DNA of 64,000 bases from Balanoglossus misakiensis (lineage: Eukaryota; Animalia; Hemichordata): assembly GCA_040954595.2 (NCBI GenBank), contig CM082576.2:7877129-7941128 (forward strand), written 5' to 3'. A program made the translations under genes and the position numbers. Shown piece by piece: positions 1-13,600 of this stretch; position 1 is the first letter of the stretch; every line of letters starts with the position of its first letter. Under the pieces are notes generated by a model. The model was not told the DNA's origin. It did not search any database and saw only the letters and a list, made by a program, of their open reading frames with translations.

Positions 1-411
1 AAAACAGTCAAAGAGAACACTGTATACGTAAACTGAGGTAGGCAATGAAACTATCAAAATGAGGATAGGAAACACATGGAATGTTTCATTTTTTGGCTGA
101 ACGCCAGGATTGCGACACGCAAGTCGCCCGAAAACCTTGAGCTGGTTTTTTTGTCCTCGGCCAGGGATATTTATTGGAAAATGCCGATTTTAAAGAAATT
201 AAAATCCCATCACGTGTGTTTACAAAGTATATAACCGTCAAGATGAATAGCTTGAGATACTTTCCTTCCCAGGTAAACCCTGTTTTTAAGGGGGAAGCGA
301 TGGGAATACCACCTTTCCCATCCATCACAGTTTTTATTTTTATTGAGAGTACGACAACTCCCACAGTCTTTGTCTCTCGGTCCTCCGTAGCTGCTGGCAC
401 GCCGGCTCGCG

Positions 412-2109
412 CTATTCGAAGATGGTGAGATCGCCCGAGTAGAAACTTGTGTTCGGAGAGATGGCAGTTGTGACCGTCGTTAACACGTCCGGTGTGATTG
501 CAGCATTGTCGAAGGTGTTGTCGACGGCAGTGGCTGGAATGAGAGGCACGCCGGCGGCGCAAGAGCTCGGCGGCTCCATCAGGCAGTAGACCAAGTGAGA
601 TTGCAGCGCCTCGGAGAGTTGCCTCTTCTCGGCTTCGAGCCGAGCGACGTCCGCCTTCAATTTGGTATTCACTTCTTCGAGGAGTTTGGTTTCCTGATTG
701 GAGGGTGGGAAGCAGTTATTAAAATATAAGATTATCAGAGTTTGTTTTTTTCGAAATCCCGTTCTACGAAAATCCACAGTCGGTCGTGACTGACGCTTTG
801 TACATGCGAGGGATTTTCTAATAACCTAACTTCTCTGAGTAATCTAATGTCCTTAGCTTCTTTCTCATTATCTGTGACAATGGGCCAGACATTTTGTTGT
901 GGCTTTAACTTATTCTGCCCGTTTGCATACAATGGGTGGAAATGTACCCCCTTTGTGTTCCTTGGACAGGCGAACTCATCTAGCCGTGTCGCATGTGTGT
1001 CGCTGGACTCATCAAAATCGGCCGCCGCCTCAAACAGGTGTGAGAATCAAATAAACAACATTGCTTCCGGCGACCGATATTCATCAAAGTGTTTTCGCTG
1101 GGTAAAAAATGAGGAAACCGACCGCGTACGCGAGTTGTCGTTCGCGATCCGAGCTACCTTTAGCCGAAAAGCTGAGTAGTGTTGGATATTTGGGGAGCAA
1201 CCAAAATAATTAAATCATCGTATAAATATTCAATTGTTAAAGAAAAAAGAAAAGAAATATTAAAAATTACCGTTTGCAATGTGCTGGCCTTGTTTCTCTT
1301 TTTGTTTCTGCATTTTGCTGCAGCGACTCTGTTGCGTTCACGTCGACGGGAACGTTTTTCCTCTTCTTCGGGAGTGAGCTGCAAAAATTGCAAACGACAA
1401 AAACATTCAACGAGCCGTTTCTCTGAATGATGGTGAATCCGGCGTAATATTATTAAATTAGAAATTTATCACTAAATTTCCAGAAGTCGATAGTGGATAC
1501 GTATTGCTTGTGCATACACAAGCCTTGGTAGACTTTTGAACGCAGGAAAACCCCAGACTTCGGCTTCGTACCAGCGGCGTCATATACACCAAGATGGCGC
1601 CCATTCGGTTCGAGCGCGGCAGTCGCGTTCCTGCCTTTCTACCCGTCGAAACTATCGAATACCCGGCCAATCGGCCCACTCAAATCACCTTGACAGGAGC
1701 ATAAATTTCCAAAATTATAAAAATGTTGAAATAACAGTTGTTAATCCAAAAGTGGGCGGAAAATCCGAAACGACAGGTAGGTGTTATTGCCGTAGACTGG
1801 CCCCCGTTACAGTTACACAACCGCTATTGCAGATATAACTGCACTCAGGTTGAAACGCGACTTCAACGACCGACAAACTTGCCAACTTACCCTGTCTGGG
1901 TTCATTCTCCGCGGTTCCACCTTGAGTTCCCCCAGTCCCTTGGACTTTCGCTTGGCGTTGATAGCGAATTTCAGGCTTTCTTTTATCAGCATTGGCATGA
2001 TGACATTTTGAATGCTGTATTGCTTCAAGTTGTTGTCGTCGAGAGCTGCTTGGGAAACCGGGTCTTGGCGAAAATTCCCCATGAATTCAGTAGACGTTGC
2101 CCGGTCCAT
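412..2109 (-). CDS. ATF3: ATF3/JDP2-like bZIP transcription factor, paralog A (3 coding exons, ~202 aa)
   Basis: Exons 2109-1891, 1378-1271 (108 nt) and 693-412, all with phase-0 GT-AG junctions. N-terminal MPMLIKESLKFAINAK resembles ATF3 VKEELRFAIQNK. Basic region RRERNRVAAAKCRNKK; leucine heptads end in HLVYC. An in-frame TAA lies just upstream of the ATG. An acceptor at 2139-2140 and a donor at ~3034 imply a non-coding first exon. Confidence 0.85.
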
Positions 2110-3139
2110 ATCTTAGCCGAAAAAAGGGGGACAGAATCCTGAAAAAAAATAACACGGGCGAAAATGAGCTGGCGTACGGTGGCGTCACGATCAATAACTT
2201 GGCCTGGAAGTCATGTACGCAAACCGCAACGAATGAGTCACCGAGAGACTTGTCCGGAGACTCTTTCCAAGTCGGCCGGCTGACTTGCACTGAGACAGTT
2301 GTCTGTGCGTGCAGGTTCACCAATAGAAACATTGACATTGGGACCAAACGCATCCTTGATACCGTCGCCAAAAACATCCTGACGTAAGCATTTCGTTTTG
2401 TTGCGACATTTCGCCGATTGTCGGCACGTTGACAAGCAGTGCCGACCAAAACACAGATTTCCTACCTTAGAAGTTGAAATGTACAACTTTGACACAACGA
2501 GAGAGTCCACAGTTCGGAAGAAGGTATTACTAGCTCACCCTCTCCGTCAATATATCCTGCTGGCCTCGACAAGTCTTTCTTTTAAAGTGGCTATTTTTTT
2601 CTGATCATGACGGTGATGTCTCAGCAAAATTTCAAATATGGGGATTTCCCGGGCCCCCACTCGGCCGCCGTGCAAAACTATTCGCGCCTCGATGTACATA
2701 TCCGCAAGCCCTCGGGGCCGTGACGGCCAAAGCCTTAACCCCAATCACACGGGAGTTTTCGAGAGACATTCAGTAGCCACCAGAAAGTGTTGTGGAGAGA
2801 TATTTTTGGAGGAGATGCCCAATTTTCCAAGTCCGTCCAATGAATGAAACTTATGCAGACTTGGATTGGGTCGATGTGTTCAGCTGGCTGGGATGGAATG
2901 CCATCACAAGTCGCTCCGAAATGTGTTGTTTTACACATCACCCAGAGAGCAGACGGCTCCGGGCACATGTACAGCTCACCCCGCTGGATTATCCGAACTT
3001 CCGAGCCCAAATAAGTACATTTTAATTTCCTTACCTGGCGGTTTAAAGGGGCCAAAGGCGCGAGCGAGTTCTTCACGTGTGTGTGTTGTTGTGCTGCTAC
3101 TGAAAACAAGTTACAACATGCCTTGTTCGAAGTCAGCAC

Positions 3140-3560
3140 TAGGGGCTTTTGTTTAGCTTGCGCATGCGCACAAGTTGAACTTCACTTATGCACGTCAGTT
3201 TGCGATTATGATGACCTGCCAGAGCGGTAAAAAAAATTGCATGACGTGGCTGTAGTCCCCGTTTATTCGATTTGTCATGTCTGTCGGGTCTAAACCCAAG
3301 AAGTTGAATGCACTTTGAATTTTCTGCGCGGTTGCTGACGAAATCATACGCTCGCGCACGACGGCTTTCAAGGTAGTGCATTCCAATGCAGTGAAAAACA
3401 TATCGCCATTACTCATAAACAAATGAAATGACAAGGCCGCAATCGAACTTCCCGTGAAAATATTAATTCGCTCGTCCTAATTTGCGGTTGACTGTCACTG
3501 ACTCATTTCATTTCAACCCAAAGATTTTTCCAAGCTGCTTCGCAAACCATGACGTCATTT
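3140..3560 (-). promoter_or_regulatory. Putative promoter of ATF3-like paralog A
   Basis: Perfect NRF1 palindrome TGCGCATGCGCA at 3159-3170, TGACGTGG (CRE/UPRE-like) at 3242-3249, AP-1 TGACTCA at 3499-3505 and CRE TGACGTCA at 3550-3557. All lie just upstream of a GTAAGG donor at ~3034. Confidence 0.5.
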
Positions 3561-5324
3561 CTATTTCTGTATGTCATGTTCGTACATGCTTCGCCCGTTG
3601 AGGGTGCACATCAACAGTGACCGATATACAGGAGCGTAGTTCAGGTCAGGGCGACGTGAAAGTATGCCGAGTCGTCTGGCGAAGTTGGGACGAGTGACAA
3701 AAATAAACACTTGCAGCGAGTGTTTAATGTGTTAGTTCTGCTTATTTATTGAGGACTTGTGCTAGATATTTTCTGGACAGAAATTCATGAGGGAGTATTG
3801 ATTTTTTCTCTCCTCTGTGACTCATATTAATAAACAACAATACGACCCCCGTGAAAAAAAAGGCTAGCGCTGTGAAATACAGCTGCGGCGCGGCGTTTCA
3901 TAAAACGGATGTGTATTCATATATATTCCCCGTCTCCAAGTAGCTGTCTCGCCGTCCAGTTTGTACGTTGTATTACGGCCGAAATCCAATCCTGTGTACC
4001 CCGTCGCCTGTGCCTGAATTTTGTCCGGCCTTGTTGTTCTTTCCAGACAACTGAAAGGTACATCTCCCGAGGTCGTCTGGATATGGATGCCTGTTGTCTG
4101 CTCGTTTCGGCCCATCTGTTTCTCCTGTCTTCCCACATCTCTTAGTGTGTCTTGGGTTCTGTCTGACTGTGCGTCTGCCTGTCTATCTGTGCAATGCAGA
4201 AGTGCAAATTCGAGGCAAAGAAATATTGACCACGCGAAAAGACACGCATTTTGCGGTTGCTTGTTTACAACCTTTTGTAACGGTGGAATGATTCAAAACA
4301 TACGGCACTGCATATATCTACTGCAGGACATATTGTTTTAATTTACATTTCATGTAAAATTCGATGTGGACCCGCACGCCCTTTTGTGTTGATCGCTGTC
4401 TTACAATCATCACGGGTCAACGACTTTGTGTTAATTACATTGTCTGACATTTGATGAGCATCCATTGTTTTTCTAGATGTTTTCTCCTGTCAACGCGTAC
4501 GTTTAGTGAACGTTTGTTTGGTTGCATAACAATGCCACAAGCAGGCTTGCGAACGGCAACAGACTGGCACGCCCCAAAAAGTCGAATTCACCTCTTTCTA
4601 ATGACATTTTCTTTGATCAACTTTATGGAGTCATTTTTAATCTTCAATTTGCAGAGTCGCGTTCATGTGCTGACAGGGCCAGTGTCTGAATACGATGTCT
4701 GACTCAGCTGAGACTGTGAGCAGAGCTTGCATCGACTCATCAACATTTCAAACCTTTGATTTTCTGCCCATAGAATCTTTGGTATGAATATTGAGATACA
4801 AAATATCATCGTTTATCGGAGTAAACATTCCTTCCAAAGCCAATAAAAACATCTGGATCCACTTTAGCATGAAAAAAAGAAACACAACCACTACAACTTT
4901 TTTCCATGGCTCAACTTAACCAAACATCATAATATTATCCGATATCCGGCGTCGGTTGTTGTCTTTGTCTAAGACGGGGCGCGATGCGCATATCACGGTC
5001 CCTGGGAATAGCAATACGTCATGTTCTAAATTTGGACATGAGGCGCAGGGAATTTACCTGGCATTGTTTGCAATTTTGTTACGGCCCCTCCCCCGGGACA
5101 ACAGACCGTGGTATGGTAGTGTCAAGGTAGGAAAAACTTCAACCACAGCCAGCAGCATTAGTGCCATTCTGATTCATCACACTGTATTTAACTTGGCCGT
5201 TTGACAAAATATCAGTTCGTGTATCACGCCGATTTCACCGTTGATATCAGATAATCAATGGCTGTGGTTTTTGATTCTTGATAACCCCTTTGTACGTTTT
5301 TAGAAAGCACATGGTTCAGATATA

Positions 5325-5327
5325 CAT

Positions 5328-5374
<47 letters not shown>

Positions 5375-5465
5375 TTCATTCATTCATTCATTCATTCATT
5401 CATTCATTCATTCATTCATTCATTCATTCATTCATTCACTCATTCATTCACTCATTCATTCATTT
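5325..5465. repeat. Compound (ATTT)n-(CATT)n microsatellite
   Basis: Tetranucleotide arrays read directly from the sequence. Confidence 0.95.
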
Positions 5466-7792
5466 GCATTTTCTGTTTGTTCCGTAGAAGGCCGCCGGGA
5501 AGTATCCCCGACATGGATTGTCCTTACTGGGACTCGGAGAAAATCTCGCCCATTCGGCAGGTGGTGCAAAGTGGTCGGAGTCATCCGGGTACTGGTGTCG
5601 CCGAGTGAATTTCTAGTGAACGGGCGCATGTACTTAGATTGTACCCTCGGAATAGTTCTAATACCCAAATGCATGAAACTCTGCGCTCAGAAAGACTATT
5701 CAAGGCTGCGGTCAGTTGTGAATATTCCCGCAACCTAATCACAGACCCAGAAACTGCAAATCGGAGAATGCGGTCATCATGTTACAGAGTGATGACTAAT
5801 GAAGCACCTTTCTTCGAACATTCCTTTCATTAACAGTGAGAATTTTTTGAGCCGTGTCGGTTTGTGTACGCAATATTTGTTTACCGAAATTCATCTCCAA
5901 ATAAAGAAAGTGAATCACGACAATGATAGTGATTGGGGGGGGGGCACACGTTAGAATATAGAACCATGATAGAACACAGTCCTGGGGATCTTAAACCAAA
6001 AGAGGAAAACTAGGCCAAAAATGCCTTGGCGAAAATAGGTATGACAATCGTACCAAAACACGACTAAACTTGGATGGCGTTCGTATCGATCGGACTCGCC
6101 ATTGCCACTGTTATTTACCCAAGGTGTGGTGATCACTGACCATATATGGAAATTACAACACAATTGACACGTGGGGTGACGGGACCTCGTTGACACCTAC
6201 GCAAGTGAATAGTGGTCGCGTTTTGATTTGGATTAGAGGTTATAAAGTGCGTGATTTATTTCGTTGCCACGATTTTGCGAAATGTGAATCTTTCCTGGCG
6301 TAATATATAAACACTTGTTCGTTGTTTTGTTCGTTAATGTCCATCATTTCTTGTGCTGTGTGTTTTGTCTTTGAAATAATCATTAAAAGTGTGGAATTCG
6401 GTGTTTACTCTAAGGTATACAGTCACTGGCGTAAATTTCCATTTATTATATCTTTTTGCGAACAGTTATTAATATATACAATCCTGTATATAGAGACGTA
6501 GAACTGTTTGATGGAACAAGTGCTTGCAGAGGAGGGGCTCCTTGTGGTGAAGACTGGCACTGAGAGAGCGCCCAACGCCATACCCGACATCCAAGTCTCA
6601 CCAAATCCCTGACACACACATACATCACATATCGTTCACAAAAATAGCAATGAAACACACTCAGAAAGCGTCGGAATGTCGTATTCTGTTTCCGATACTT
6701 CTAGTAGAAAAGGCGTTTTCCCTGTTCGAGGGCCCCGAGCTGTGTTTTCATCACCTGTATATGGACATCGCCTTGTCGTGTTATGACGTTGTCCGGCTGA
6801 AATATGCATATTTGCCGCATTCGGTCATGGTGTTAGTCGTGTCAAGAGGGTCGATATTCTTGTCGCAGCGCTTTGACCCGATTCCTTGTCAGATTTGACG
6901 TCACAACTTTCTGCCTGCATCCGTTGAACTCCGCAATCGAATCTTTTTCGTCGTCCCTACGCATTCGAAACGCACCACCCACAAGTTGCGTGCAACGTCG
7001 ATCACGTTTCAGGGAGTGAAGTGAACCAGTGCTGGTACATTATTTACTTTCTAGACGTCGGCTCGCTTCGACGTTATGGGGACGTGATTTCCCCAGGGCT
7101 GCGTACTTGTGCTGTTTCCAGTTGCCCGACTCGACCTTGATGCATATATGTACATACATCTAGGGTCCTCACCTGTAAAACAACAAGGAAATTTCACTTG
7201 AAAAAAATAGCGGAAAACGATAACGACCCAAGGCAGAGTACATTTTTTATCAGGTTGACGTACGCGTCTGTTCCGGGCGGTATTGGTTAATATATTTCTC
7301 GTGAAAAGACGGTCCGGTCCGCCAGTCCCGACTGTTCACATTCTTTCTCAGTTTACTGGTTGGGGGATTTCAACGTCCATGCCCATGTGTTACATGCAGC
7401 TGTGTTGTTCCACTTCAAAAATGCCAGACTGAACACGGAGAGGGGTCAAACAAAGGTGATGATTTATGAGCCACGAAGCACTCCGCGCATCCCCCCCCCG
7501 CCCCTATCCAAAAGTTGAAAATAATCATAGCGATGGAGTATTTTGCTAAAGATGGCAAAAAAATGTGTATAGCAACATTATAATGCATGTATAGCAGAGT
7601 ATTTACAGTCGTTGTTTTGATACCGGCCGACTTGAAGCGAACGCCGCTCACTGTTTATATCACGGTTGTGCAAGGCGACGTCGGTCTGAAGACAACATTC
7701 ACGGAACAATTGGTGTTTCGCGCGGTGCCGGTCGGTGTAATGCTTTGTAGTCTGCTGAAAAATGTTCCAAAACACCCAATGTCACTCACTAA

Positions 7793-7886
7793 GGGACTGG
7801 TCAGTTTCTTCGGCCGGGGAGAGGTGGATTCATTGGGGGGAAATGGAATCCACCGCCCCACCCCCAGGCCGAAACTGACCAGTCCC
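7793..7886. mobile_element. 94-bp MITE, probably PIF/Harbinger (Tourist-like)
   Basis: Perfect 16-bp terminal inverted repeats GGGACTGGTCAGTTTC (7793-7808 and 7871-7886). Flanked on both sides by TAA (7790-7792, 7887-7889). Additional internal inverted pair GGTGGATTC/GAATCCACC. Confidence 0.75.
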
Positions 7887-9339
7887 TAAAGTTCTATTCC
7901 CGCCTCCCGCAAATGAAAACATCTTTCTTTGTCGAGCAAGTTTGGGATTTTGCTGATTGGTTGTTTGTGAGTTGACTTCCGGCAGCGTCTTATTTAAAGT
8001 AAAGTTTCAAAAAAGAAATTACAAGAGTCTGAGAGACCTGGCCCCAATTGCGGTCTGTGCCAAGCTTATCACCTCTTCCGATATTTATAGTGGAATTATT
8101 TGACAGCCAGTTTCGTATTATAGATGTTGGGAGGTTGGTCTCATTATATATACTACCCTGTAGAAAAATATGGCTAATTACTACTGGCACTCGACATTTA
8201 CAACTGTGTATATTACATCCGCAACTTCTGCTTTTCCCTAATAGCAACAACAATATCGCTCAGCAATGAACAGAAACTAAAAACATTTTCTCACTTGACC
8301 GATGCCTCACTGGCGTTAGTCCTGGAGGAAAATAATCGCCCTTGTTTGGACACTGCGAGTGCGGTTGAACGCAATCCTGGACAATGGCGACCCGGCCCCA
8401 GTGCAGTGCTGCTTGACCAGTGCCAAACAACAGACGCGATATTTGCAAATACCTTTCATCCAACTGGCCAGTCAAAGCGCATTATCTGTACACACAAGGT
8501 GCACCTCACTGGTTATATGCAAATCACTATATGTCGATTATCTTTCGCATACCAGAACATTTTTCACCCGTGGTTTCAAAATCTACAGCAATGCAGTAAA
8601 AGGCGACGCTCTGACCATTAACACCATTATTTGTATAAGTAACGAGCCAACGAAAAGTTATTTTAACCTCGTATTTGGCAAATTGAAACAATGTAATAAG
8701 GATACCTCTTCAAGTACAACAATGTTGCGACGCCAATTTTCAAAGCAGAGACGGCTGAGTGCGTACTGATCAAAGATGTGTGCCGAGTACTAGGCGCCGC
8801 GAGAAACCAGCCTTGTACCATCTCAATAGCTCAGGACGCCACCATCAATACATTTTACTTCTGCTGTCGTTTTTTTCAATTTCTGATGTCCACCCTGATA
8901 TTCTGATATTCTTTTTTCGAAACACGTTACCGCATGCCAGATGTGTAATTGTTGTCTAGTGTGGCTCTCTGCAACGTGCGATGACTTTAGATTTGCAGCG
9001 TCACGGAACTAGGCCGATGATTCACATCATAAATTATCTTTTGTCGTCACGTACTGCAAATTTTTTGACATGAGTAATTAAATTTATCGACAAAATTTAT
9101 TAAGGTGACAAAAAGTAATGCTACTGGTTTCACGTTCGTCGTCGATTTTCTCTCTCTCTCTCTACCTCTACCTCTCGGTCCCTCTCTTCCTTTCCCCACT
9201 CTCTCTCTCTTCCTCCCCTTTTCTAGTTAAAACAAGTTCGCTTCAAAATTAAGTGAACGGCGGAACCGATCCGATTTGGATGGAGATGACTTGTCAACTT
9301 CAGAAAAATTAAGGCCTGTGTTTTCCTTATTATCAGTAC

Positions 9340-9390
9340 AACGACGACGATGATGATGATGATGATGATGACGACGACGACGACGACGAC

Positions 9391-9426
<36 letters not shown>

Positions 9427-9429
9427 TGA

Positions 9430-9525
<96 letters not shown>

Positions 9526-9530
9526 ATGAT
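9340..9530. repeat. (GAT/GAC)n trinucleotide microsatellite
   Basis: Read directly; gives rise to spurious poly-D/poly-I/poly-S ORFs. Confidence 0.95.
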
Positions 9531-9894
9531 GGTCTGTGGTGGTTGCAAGTGGTCTGTGGTGGTGGTGTCATGGTCCTCCTTTGTTGTGATGTAACCGCCT
9601 ACCGATGCATCAGAGCCCTTCATTCTCTGTAAACTTGGTATGACCTCCAATTAAGAGCATAAATGAAAGGTCAATGCTTGATCCGGTTTCGCACGCAGTG
9701 GCGGGACGATGCTACTCCACAATAAACGCTTTCAGGTCTTTCAAATCGACCATTCCCATCCCTAAAGAACATGTTTAGTTGAAAGCACATAATAACAAAA
9801 AACTATTTAAGTGACTGCCCGGCTTGACCAGAAGGTCAAATAAATAAAAGAGAGCGAAAGAAATAACTTGCCAATTACATTTTACTGCGAACAT

Positions 9895-10030
9895 CATCGC
9901 GCATGCGCTTTCACGAAAACAAAGCACTTGTACTCCGGAATCAACGAAAAACTGTCGTCATATTTACGTGAGAAAACAAGACGCTGCCAAAACTTTACAG
10001 CAAGCCCATCGCACACGGCTTTGACGGTAG
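9895..10030 (+). promoter_or_regulatory. Putative promoter and non-coding first exon of ATF3-like paralog B
   Basis: GCGCATGCGC (NRF1-like) at 9899-9908 followed by AAAACAAAGC. Candidate donor GTAGGT at 10027 and acceptor TTTTCAG ending at 10608. Confidence 0.45.
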
Positions 10031-10655
10031 GTTAATTTGACTATTTTTTTCAGATATTGCAATAAAATTTCGTCGTCAGGCATTACCGTATCAGCAGATC
10101 AACGGACTTCAGTATTGTATATGGCTTGATGGCTTTTCATCCCGAAGCTTATTCTTTGTAAAAAGCAAGATTTCAGTTCATTTTTGGTCCATCTTCAACG
10201 AAAATGTGTTAATAAAGAGCATTTTCTCGTCAATTTTACTGCCCACTCTTAATTGAGATGCGATCGTCGTGGAATCTCGTCACCAGACTGTACTGAACCA
10301 GCTGTACCGAGGAATGCTTTTTTGTTCTGCCAAAATTCCGAGAAACACATCGTACTGATGTATATTATTTCTGGACCATACCTAAGCCACTTGTCGTCGG
10401 TAGAAACACAAAACTAGGCACCAGCCAAATAATGCTAAGTCATTTGACCATCATCGTGGAAAAATTGCCGCCGTTTAAAGCGCGTAGACGTTCGAAAGCA
10501 GGTGCAATGACGACGGTCTGAAGGACGCCAGCGACTCAATATGGCGGTCTAAGCGGCGAGGCGGGCGTTCCAAAAAGCTTTAACCCGTACAATATGCATC
10601 ATTTTCAGGGAAGCGGTCTGGTCTCACTCCGTCGTCCAAGACTTGCACTGGCGCC

Positions 10656-13600
10656 ATGAATCAGGCAGCCTTCCACGATTTGAAGTTTTGTGACTTGGTC
10701 AGCTTCCAGGAGGACGAGTTGACGGAGTTGGGCCAAGGCATGGACCAATACGAGCGGTGTTACATACGGAACAAAATCATGCCCATGCTGATCAAAGAAG
10801 GTTTGAAATTCGCCATCCAGGCCAAACGCAAGTCGAAAGGACTGAACGAGCTGAAGACGGACGATGACAACGACAAAGCCGAGTCAGAAATCATGGTAAA
10901 AATGATATTTTGAATCGAATTTTGTTCATATCAGTCACATCTCATCATTTAGTTGACCGCAGCCGCCACCTTGTATCGTGTGCAAATGAAACTTGTTCAT
11001 ATATGACAAAAAGAAAGCGAGGTATGTGTTGAGGTTTTTTGGACTATGATTGCAGATTGTCGAATTTGCCGAGTATGGTTGGATTATGAAATGCCTAGCA
11101 GACCCAGTTTCTGCTTCTGCTCCACGTACAGTTGTTCTCAGTAACCCGTCTTTTCCCGCGATTTGTGTCCATTTTAGTCGCAAGCTAGCTAGGTATGTAG
11201 TAAGCGGGAAATATGTACCTGCTCGTCGTCACCAGCTTCTACGACACTCGAACGTGTGTAAAAAGTACCTTGGACGCGTCCCGACGAAATATGTCCGCCC
11301 GAGTACTGCCCTCATGATCAAAATCTCCGCACTCTGTGCATGCCTTAGTATAATGAATGCAAGAGGAAAGTTGATTAACTTGGATTTGTGAATCAACAAA
11401 CAGGTGGTGATGCCGTGTTTGTCGCACAACGAAATCGCGATAGATATCGGCGTTTTAGGATTGCCATGTAAAATGTTTACAAATGTAAAATATGCGCACC
11501 GTGTTTCCTATTAAAACATTGTAGTAACACAGCTTATAATGCCCCAGAACTGTCCAATTTAAAGGAATTAACGAAAATAAAATTGTATACCGGTATTTTG
11601 AGCAAAACCGCAAATGGTTAAACCACTGTGGCGCCCTAAATCATAAAATATAAAATAATGTGACAAAATACCCACATTTTCACGAAGTACGCCTCTATCC
11701 AAAATGATAGCTGTAGCACGGATCACCATGGGATGACCCGGTTTCGTGGACTCCAGGTCGGGGAGAGAAAAAAATAATGTTTAACAGCAGAAGAAAGAAA
11801 ACAATCAACGAGAAAACCTATAAATAAAAATGAATGTCGTCCCGAAAAAGATAAATGAGAATGAACATGTTGTTGGCCGCGGTAAATTGATCAATTCATT
11901 TGGGACACTAGTCAGCCGCCGTACCGTGACCGCATAATGGACGGAAAGTGTATTGTTCAAGTGCATGATTCTCTGCAAGCGGAATCTAAAAATCGGACGG
12001 ATTTTCTTTTTGGTTCAATATAACAGTCCTTCCGACACTGCTGGCGGTTCAATACTGTCTACCTCGAGTGGTACGTACGAGGTAATAACAGCAAATCTTT
12101 TCGAAGCAAATCATTGTCAATGGCAGAATCTCCGCTCCCGATCAATATTATCAACACAATGCTCTATTAATTAATAAAGTATTAGTCTGTGAATAGATTA
12201 CTTGCATGTGTACATCATACCAGGTGCATTGTACTCGTGCATGTATACCAAGTTAAAAATCGGTTGGAATACATGAGTTATAATTTCAGACGTAAACAAA
12301 ACATACCGAAAGGACATCCATTTCGGCACCCATATTGGATCACATCACAAAACAAAGTTACCTGCACAATTAATGAGACAAATCTATGAGCATGTGTACA
12401 TCACAGTACACTGTCCTTATACCAAGTCCGAATGTAATATATTCACCAATGTCTTCATAATGGCTTCGCGGAAAATAAAAAGCTGCGCGTACCATATCAG
12501 ATGGTATCATGAAACAAATTGTCGAGCAAAGAAATATGTCATCTTCATGGTACATTATCTCGGGACAAAGTTTCGATGAAATATGTTCAGGCATGTCAGT
12601 GTGTAATGTCTGGGCGCGGACGGACGTAGCCCGATCTATTCTCTTCAGTGGTGCGGCAGCCCCAGACTTCGTCCTCCGGGACTTAAAAATGCAAACAAAA
12701 GCTCAATTTGGAGATCAGAGAAACCTGACCTCCATGTGTGCATGAATGGAACAGCCTATGGCGAGTTTAGCTTGCTTTAGTTTATTTTCGTCTGTAAACC
12801 AACAGAACCAGAATCCCATCTGCATTCACAAATACAATCAATCATATTAAAAATATGAAAATATTAAAAACAAGCTTGTCAACGAACTCTACTAAAGTAA
12901 AAAGATGTACTGTATTCACCCTACTATGAATGTAATAAAATTAATTGATATTTGCATGGGCGCATATCTTGTTAAAGGTACTTATGAACTCACAAATTTC
13001 TGCTATATGGAAAAGAAGCCAATCTAGCTCAGTCGATAAAAGTTAATAATTTCGGCTGATTTGTCAAAATTCCGTACGGTTGGTTGGTCCCACACTCTCC
13101 CAGACCAAAACACGAGCTCGCTACAGAAAACAGCGTGTCGATGTTACACGTAACTTCTTCTCCTCTCTCTCTCCTTCCAAATCATCACCAGTTAGAGTCC
13201 CTGACCCTGTCACACCCGCCCGACGCACTGCACGACGACAGATGCAGCGTGATCCAGAAGCAACTCATGCCCATGCTGATCAAGGCGGGTCTCAAATTCG
13301 CCATTCAGGAAAAGCGGAGATCCAAGGGACTCGGTGAGCTGAGGCTGGAACCGCAGGCGACGAGATCACACAGGGTGGGCAACCGTCAATTTGTAGCAAA
13401 TAATATAAAACATTGGAAAGGAGCGTGGAATGCAGGCAGTCTAGTTTAGAAGCGATATATCTTGTTGTATATTGTAATCTATAATTTTCATTGCAACAAA
13501 ATATTTGGGGTGAGTAGCAAGAAAGATGTGGATTTCGACCGCGAGGTTTTGTAATATTGTATTATTAAAGAAAAGGACACGCAAGTCTATGAGTAAGACT

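Noticed and set aside
9333-9650. Poly-D, poly-I and poly-S ORFs; likewise the YVCM, HSFI, poly-V/Q and ER/SL ORFs elsewhere
   Set aside because: Translations of microsatellites.
10656-10913. Treating this exon as a fourth, separate bZIP gene
   Set aside because: No basic-region or zipper exon was found between 10.9 and 13.1 kb, and its phase-0 donor joins the downstream exons in frame.
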